Positions 58,370 to 64,000 of a DNA stretch of 64,000 nucleotides are shown here, in pieces. Source of the DNA: Candidatus Marinacidobacterales bacterium (lineage in GTDB: Bacteria; Acidobacteriota; Vicinamibacteria; Marinacidobacterales; DATDRI01); contig OZ245365.1 of assembly GCA_965226495.1 (NCBI GenBank), positions 5,600,001 to 5,664,000 of the forward strand, read 5' to 3'. The notes under the pieces were generated by a model. That model did not search any database. It was not told the DNA's origin and worked only from the letters and a program-made list of their open reading frames with translations. The position numbers and the translations under genes were made by a program. Positions within the stretch are counted from its first letter, which is position 1; each line of letters begins with the position of its first letter.

Positions 58370-59582
58370 GAACCGCCTCCATCACCCGATCCACGCTAAT
58401 CCCCGCAATACACTCGGGCGCCTCCGGACGAGAGCACTCGTTCGGGGGTTTTCGAATCATGTTACAGGGCGAACAATAGAGTTCTTTGCGAACCACGGTG
58501 CGGTAATCACTGTGCTCGGGTCGATAGCGGTGGGGATCGGACGGTCCGAATAGTGCGACTCCGCGACTTCCTACTGCATCCGCCAAATGCATCGGCCCGG
58601 TGTCCCCGGTTATGAACAAATCCAGTTTCTCGATGAGCGCAGCAAAGCCCCGCAGACCCACCTCGCCGATCAAACGATGGGGTGCGGTCCGGCACTTAGC
58701 CGCCACTTGTTCTACGAGATCTCGGTCTGCGGGAGCACCGGTCAGAATGACGTTTCCCGAGGTCGACTCAATCAACCCATCGACAAGGGCGGAAAACTTG
58801 TGCATCTCCCATTGCTTGATGGCGCGACCCGCACTCGGGTGAACTCCGATGAGGGGACGACGGACCGCGTCCAGGCCATGTCGGTGTAGCAGCTCGTCGG
58901 CCTGACGCCGGTCATCCGGCAACAAGAAGTTGTAAGGCTCGATCGGTTTGGCGGTGTTCGCTTTAGGAAACAAGACCTCCAGAAGCTCTACGTTCTGCCG
59001 GTACCAGCTCTTCGCTTCGTCCCAAAGACCAAGATGCGTCAGGAGATGGCCACCTCCAGTATCTCCATAGCCGGCGCGAATCGAAGCACCGGTGAGCGCC
59101 ATCAACAAATTGACACGGACATCACCTTGAAAATCAACGACGAGATCGGGTGTCGCGTCATCCCGGACCGGCCGCATCGCGCGCGCCGCCTGTCGCCAAC
59201 TAGCCCTCTTCCCCCAAGCTGCCCAAGGGGCGTCCACAATCCGGACGCGATCCACGAAAGGTAGTCCGCGCGCTATCTCTTCGTTCCAGCTCCCGACGGC
59301 GAGCTCGATCTCAGCATCCGGCGCCAATTGTCGGAGCTCCTTGAGAGCCGGCAAGGTCATCAGCAAGTCGCCGAGCCGATCCAGCCTCAGAGCAAGTATG
59401 TGGCGGAGTGAACCCAGGTCGGGAGACGTCGAACGAGGAGGGGCCAAGCCAGTGAGCGGTGCAGCAAGGCGGAGTACGAGATCGAACCCGGCGAGCGCCC
59501 AGCGCTCGCCCCGATCGTAGACGCGCGGGCCGCCGTACTTAAGTCGACGTGCTGCCAGATCGCGTGACGGACCGAAAGACAT
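58329..59582 (-). CDS. Glycosyltransferase family 9 (heptosyltransferase fold)
   Basis: RLDRLGDLLMTLPA, HPSA...KQW, TGDTGPMHLADAVG...LFGP. Confidence 0.9.
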   Translation of the reverse strand: MSFGPSRDLAARRLKYGGPRVYDRGERWALAGFDLVLRLAAPLTGLAPPRSTSPDLGSLRHILALRLDRLGDLLMTLPALKELRQLAPDAEIELAVGSWNEEIARGLPFVDRVRIVDAPWAAWGKRASWRQAARAMRPVRDDATPDLVVDFQGDVRVNLLMALTGASIRAGYGDTGGGHLLTHLGLWDEAKSWYRQNVELLEVLFPKANTAKPIEPYNFLLPDDRRQADELLHRHGLDAVRRPLIGVHPSAGRAIKQWEMHKFSALVDGLIESTSGNVILTGAPADRDLVEQVAAKCRTAPHRLIGEVGLRGFAALIEKLDLFITGDTGPMHLADAVGSRGVALFGPSDPHRYRPEHSDYRTVVRKELYCSPCNMIRKPPNECSRPEAPECIAGISVDRVMEAVLTQLDQSPDRSIA

Positions 59583-60774
59583 ATTCGAACTGTTCTCCCA
59601 CCCGGCCCCAATCGAATACGGACCGTGCTTTTTCCCTAGCTCTTGTTCCGAGCGCGTTTCGTTGCTCCGGCGAGCGCAGAAGATCGAGAATACAATCGGC
59701 CAAAGCCTTCGGATCTCGCTCAGGAACGAGAAGCGCTTCTTTGCCTTCGCTCACCGCCTGGGGAATTCCGGCGACCGCACTGGCTACGATCGGCGAGCCT
59801 GAAGCCATTGCTTCGAGCATCACGTTGGGAAGACCATCCACGTTGCCGGCATCGTCGTGCATCGAAGGGACCGCGGTCACGGTCGCCGCACCGTAGTAGG
59901 CGGGAAGCTCGTTTCGGAGAACGTTTCCCACCAACATCAAGTTCTCACCAACACCCGCCTGAGCCGCTCGTTCCGACAAGCTTTTTTCAAGATCACCACT
60001 TCCGGCGATGACGACCCTCATATCAGAATGTGCCGCAACGAGATACGGTAAGGCGTCGACTAGCACTTCGAAACCCTTCTTGTGAACCAGTCTTCCCACT
60101 GCTAGCACCATGGGCTGGTCGGCGCCAAGACCGAGCCTTTTGCGCAGCTTGACCGAATCTTCGGAAGACCCTAAGAAGTGCTCGGTATCCACGCCGTACG
60201 GAATGGTTTGCGGACGGGACGGCGCGCCCAAACGCTGACTCCTCTCCGCGAGGTCGTCGCTACAGGCCGTCGCTGCCGCGGCGCGGCGAAAAGCGAGTCT
60301 AGCAGCCTGACGAAACAGAAACTTCTTCTCCGAGAGAAAGACATCGGATCCATGGAGGCTTACCACAAGCGGCAGGCCGCCGAGCCACGCCGCAGGCAAC
60401 GCCATCGCACCGTTGGGAACGACCCAATGAGCGTGTACCAGATCATAGCCACCGCGTCGAACTTCGAACATCATTTTTGTCGCGCCTGATGCCAGGGCTA
60501 GAGGTGAAACGAGGTACGTGGAACGCCGCACCGCCACGTCCGCTCGCAGCGCTTCCGCGTAGCCAAATACCTCGAGGCTCTCGGTCGGCGCGTATTGGTA
60601 GGCCTCGAAGGACACTCCTGGCGCTGGCGCGGGATTCAGATCCGCTCGGTAGGGCAACACCACCGTCAGCTCATGCCCCCTCGCGGCCAAGGCGTGGGTA
60701 ATCGACTCGATGAATGGTGCGGTCGTGTCTCCCGGGTACTTGGGATACGAAGAGGTCAGGACGAGAATCTTCAC
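59539..60774 (-). CDS. Glycosyltransferase family 4
   Basis: TSSYP, HAHWVVP, HGSDV, VGRLVHKKG, DGLPNVMLEAMASG. Confidence 0.93.
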   Translation of the reverse strand: MKILVLTSSYPKYPGDTTAPFIESITHALAARGHELTVVLPYRADLNPAPAPGVSFEAYQYAPTESLEVFGYAEALRADVAVRRSTYLVSPLALASGATKMMFEVRRGGYDLVHAHWVVPNGAMALPAAWLGGLPLVVSLHGSDVFLSEKKFLFRQAARLAFRRAAAATACSDDLAERSQRLGAPSRPQTIPYGVDTEHFLGSSEDSVKLRKRLGLGADQPMVLAVGRLVHKKGFEVLVDALPYLVAAHSDMRVVIAGSGDLEKSLSERAAQAGVGENLMLVGNVLRNELPAYYGAATVTAVPSMHDDAGNVDGLPNVMLEAMASGSPIVASAVAGIPQAVSEGKEALLVPERDPKALADCILDLLRSPEQRNALGTRAREKARSVFDWGRVGEQFEYVFRSVTRSGSTST

Positions 60775-60908
60775 CGCAAGGCTTCGTGAACGGCCGTAAT
60801 TATATCATTTGTCATCCTTTGTCAGCGATTCGTGGTCCCTCGGTTGGTTGCTCCTGAATCGCATGCTATGATCTGGGTCGGAGTTTTCACAGGAGAACGC
60901 GCTAAAAG

Positions 60909-63431
60909 ATGGAAGCCATGAACAACGTCTTGTTCCGGCACTGTACGGAACGGGTGATCGAGGCGATCAACATCGGCTCGATGGAGCTGGTCAATATCAA
61001 GCAGGCCGAGCTCTCTCCCGAGTTCGTTCTCATAGGACTCCTGGAACAGGACGACTCGGAAGTGCTGCTTCTGTTCAAAGATCTCGGACGCGATGCCGCC
61101 GAGACCAAGAAATCTATCCTCGATCTCGCGTACGCCGCGCAGCGGCACAAGGCCAAGCTTCACCGCGATGGACCGGTGCAGATCCTGGTGTCCTCCCAGA
61201 CCGCGGAGCTCCTGCGCATGGCCAAAGAAGAGGCCGACAACCTCGGCGATCGATTCATCGGTGCCGGCGCGATGTTTCTAGCTCTTCATCGTGAGCCCGC
61301 CGGCCTCTCGGCTCGGATCCTCCGCGAAATGGGGTTTCGCGCCGACCGCACCAAGGAAGCGGTGCAGCGCATGCGGGGAGGCCGCACCGTCGACGACCGC
61401 CGCGCCGCCGACAGCAAGTTGGAGACCCTGGAGAAATACACTTCCGATCTCACGGAGCTGGCCCGCAAGGGCGAGCTCGATCCGGTCGTGGGCCGCGAAC
61501 AAGAGATCCGGCGGGTGATTCAGATTCTCTCCCGCCGAAAGAAGAACAATCCCGCGCTCATCGGAGAGCCAGGGGTTGGAAAGACGGTCATTGTGGAAGG
61601 ACTGGCGCAGCGGATCGTAGACGCCGAGGTGCCGGAGACACTTCTCAACAAGCGCGTCCTCATGTTGGAGATGAGTGAAGTCGTCGCCGGTTCCAAGTTC
61701 CGCGGCGAGTTCGAGGAGCGCCTCAAGACCATCAAGGACGAAGTGCTGGGCGCCGGCGGACAGATCATCCTGTTCATCGATGAGCTCCATACCGTCGTGG
61801 GCGCGGGGAACGTCGAGGGAGGCCTGGACGCTTCGAACATGCTGAAGAGCGCCTTGGCGCGAGGCCAACTCCGCTGCATCGGCGCGACCACTCTCGAGGA
61901 TTACAAGAAACATATCGAGAAAGACAAGGCCCTCGAGCGACGATTCCAGAGCGTTCTCATCACCGAACCCAACGTCGAGGAAACACATCTGATCTTGAAG
62001 GGATTGCAGAGGCGCTACGAGCTGCACCACGATGTGAAGTTCACCGATGAGTCCTTGATGTCCGCCGCCAAGCTCTCCGAGCGGTACATCACCGACCGGT
62101 TCCTGCCGGACAAAGCGCTCGACCTCATGGACGAGGCCGGTTCACGAAAGCATTTGGAGCTCGTCTATGCGCCGCCGGAGATCCGCGCCCTCAAGCGTGA
62201 TCGCGAAAAACTCGCCGCCGATCAGCGCGATGCATACAACCAGCGAGACTACGAGCGTGCAGCCTTGGCGCGACATAGCATCATCCGTGTCGACAAAGAG
62301 CTGCAAGACAAAGTTTCCGCGTGGCGCGATGCACGAAGCCCCCAGGATTCCACCGTCACGAGTGAGGACATCGCGGGGGTGGTTGCCGGCTGGACCGGGA
62401 TTCCGCTCACGCGCATGTTGGAGTCGGAGGCGGAGAAACTCACCCGGATGGAAGACAACATCCACCGGCGCATCATTGGGCAAGAAAACGCCGTGGAGGC
62501 GGTCTCGAACGCCATTCGAAGAAATCGTGCCGGTCTCAAGGGCACGTCCCGTCCCATCGGATCGTTTATCTTCCTGGGGCCCACCGGCGTCGGCAAGACG
62601 GAGCTCGGAAAGGCACTCGCCCAGTTCTTGCTCGACGACGAAGAACGGCTCATTCGCATGGACATGAGCGAGTACATGGAGCGGCATTCGGTCTCCAAGC
62701 TCATCGGTTCACCCCCCGGGTACGTCGGTTATGGTGAGGGAGGGCAGCTGACCGAGAGAGTACGCCGCAACCCATACACCGTCTTGTTACTCGACGAGAT
62801 CGAGAAGGCCCACCCGGACGTTTTCAACCTTCTCCTCCAGATACTGGACGACGGGCGACTGACAGACGCGCAGGGTCGGACCGTTAGCTTCGTCAACACC
62901 ATCATCATCGGAACCTCTAATATAGGCAGCGAGGACATCACGCGCGAGTACACGAGCATCGGTTTCTCGAGCCCGGTACCCACCGTTAAGTACGAGGAAA
63001 TCAAGAGACGGGTGATGCGCGAAGTCAAAAAGATCTTCAAACCGGAGCTGCTGAACCGCATCGATGACCTCATCGTTTTTCACCAGCTCGATGAGCAGCA
63101 CATCCGCCAAATCGTGGAACTGGTCATGGTCGACTTGGAGAACCGTCTCGCCGATCAAGGCCTCCTCATACAAGTTGCCCCAGCCGTGAAGGAGAAGCTG
63201 GCCGCCGACGGTTTCGACCCTCTCTTCGGCGCGCGTCCTTTGAAACGCGAGGTGGAGACACAGGTGGAAAACATCCTGGCACAGAAGCTCATAGCCGGCG
63301 AGTTCTTCAAGGGCGATACGATTCGGGTCAACCTGGTAGACGGAAAGATCGTTTTTCAGCGAGGCGCGACCGAGCTGGCCCCCCAATCGGTGAACGCCGT
63401 CCCGGGCCCCGGCCAGGCGCAGCCCGACTAA
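60909..63431 (+). CDS. clpC: ATP-dependent Clp protease ATP-binding subunit (ClpC-type)
   Basis: Clp N-repeats, [11 protein letters not shown]-like middle coil, [11 protein letters not shown] ClpP-binding loop, FGARPLKR. Confidence 0.88.
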   Translation: MEAMNNVLFRHCTERVIEAINIGSMELVNIKQAELSPEFVLIGLLEQDDSEVLLLFKDLGRDAAETKKSILDLAYAAQRHKAKLHRDGPVQILVSSQTAELLRMAKEEADNLGDRFIGAGAMFLALHREPAGLSARILREMGFRADRTKEAVQRMRGGRTVDDRRAADSKLETLEKYTSDLTELARKGELDPVVGREQEIRRVIQILSRRKKNNPALIGEPGVGKTVIVEGLAQRIVDAEVPETLLNKRVLMLEMSEVVAGSKFRGEFEERLKTIKDEVLGAGGQIILFIDELHTVVGAGNVEGGLDASNMLKSALARGQLRCIGATTLEDYKKHIEKDKALERRFQSVLITEPNVEETHLILKGLQRRYELHHDVKFTDESLMSAAKLSERYITDRFLPDKALDLMDEAGSRKHLELVYAPPEIRALKRDREKLAADQRDAYNQRDYERAALARHSIIRVDKELQDKVSAWRDARSPQDSTVTSEDIAGVVAGWTGIPLTRMLESEAEKLTRMEDNIHRRIIGQENAVEAVSNAIRRNRAGLKGTSRPIGSFIFLGPTGVGKTELGKALAQFLLDDEERLIRMDMSEYMERHSVSKLIGSPPGYVGYGEGGQLTERVRRNPYTVLLLDEIEKAHPDVFNLLLQILDDGRLTDAQGRTVSFVNTIIIGTSNIGSEDITREYTSIGFSSPVPTVKYEEIKRRVMREVKKIFKPELLNRIDDLIVFHQLDEQHIRQIVELVMVDLENRLADQGLLIQVAPAVKEKLAADGFDPLFGARPLKREVETQVENILAQKLIAGEFFKGDTIRVNLVDGKIVFQRGATELAPQSVNAVPGPGQAQPD

Positions 63432-63465
63432 CCCGAGGGTCCAGGCGCCCTCCCTGATCTTCTAG

Positions 63466-64000
63466 ATGTCCTTTTCGATGTCCCGCTCGATGTGGTCCGG
63501 ATCAAAAGCCCTTCTCCCCATCACGTTTCTCCCACTGGTAGCGCTCATCGCTGGCTCCTGCCATTCCCCTCCCGCAGCCGTGGCGCCCCGTCGTCCAAAT
63601 CTATTACTCATCAGCATCGAGACATTCCGCGCCGACCGACTGCGTGCCAACGGATATCGCCGGAGAACGACTCCCAATTTGGATCGCCTTGCGGGAGAGG
63701 GCGCAAATTTTCGGCAGGCCATCGCCCAAGCCCCCTTCACGCTTCCGTCGCTCGCCACGGTGATGACCGGGCTTACTCCTCCGCTGCACGGGGTTCGCAA
63801 CCACCCGGCCACCTTGCCCCCCGAGCTTACGACCCTCGCAGAGCGATTGGAGGAATCCGGTTACAAAACCGCGGCGATGACCCGACACAGTTGGCTGCGA
63901 AGAAAATCGGGTTTCGACCAAGGCTTTGCGGAGTATCACAACAACAAATTCTCGGCGGGCCTCGACGCGAGGAGCTTGTCACTCGCGGCGGAGGACTGGC
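63466..64000 (+). CDS. Sulfatase-like hydrolase/transferase lipoprotein; runs off the window (start 63466, 63478 or 63490)
   Basis: Manual translation: LVALIAGSC...RPNLLLISIETFRADRL..NGY...TPNLDRLAGEG..F..A....PFTLPSLATVMTG..P..HGV. Confidence 0.85.
   Translation, partial: MSFSMSRSMWSGSKALLPITFLPLVALIAGSCHSPPAAVAPRRPNLLLISIETFRADRLRANGYRRRTTPNLDRLAGEGANFRQAIAQAPFTLPSLATVMTGLTPPLHGVRNHPATLPPELTTLAERLEESGYKTAAMTRHSWLRRKSGFDQGFAEYHNNKFSAGLDARSLSLAAEDW

Overview
GC-rich bacterial chromosome segment, most likely from Acidobacteriota (Vicinamibacteria-like). This is inferred from an ADOP-type permease, an acidobacterial-style kinase N-terminal motif, a free TonB_C protein and a BNR/VPS10 hydrolase. 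It holds housekeeping and envelope genes (tRNA-Arg(ACG), tRNA-Glu(CTC), isoaspartyl peptidase, alr, CPA1 antiporter, mutT-like Nudix, clpC). There are two surface-glycan clusters: 22.6-31.9 kb (four GT4, a methyltransferase, a GT-C, a deacetylase and a GNAT) and 47.8-60.8 kb (two GT-C, an epimerase, NeuA-PseG/SpsG fusion, two NeuB-like synthases, SpsF, flippase, GT9, GT4). The most unusual structure is a ~7.9 kb integrase-free insertion (33.8-41.7 kb) at the divergent rhomboid/mutT junction. It is bracketed by ~96-bp imperfect direct repeats and split by a third partial copy of the rhomboid 5' end. The copies differ mostly at synonymous sites, and the cargo includes three predicted lipoproteins. 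Other oddities are an orphan PtuA/COG3950-like ATPase with a histone-H1-like tail, an FHA-GAF pseudo-histidine kinase with a Ser/Thr-kinase-type N-terminal cap, a PhyH protein lacking both Fe-ligand histidines, a deleted aqpZ relic by tRNA-Arg, and a 963-aa protein I cannot place. Several single-base homopolymer frameshifts may be sequencing errors. All calls are by-eye motif recognition; no database searches were run.
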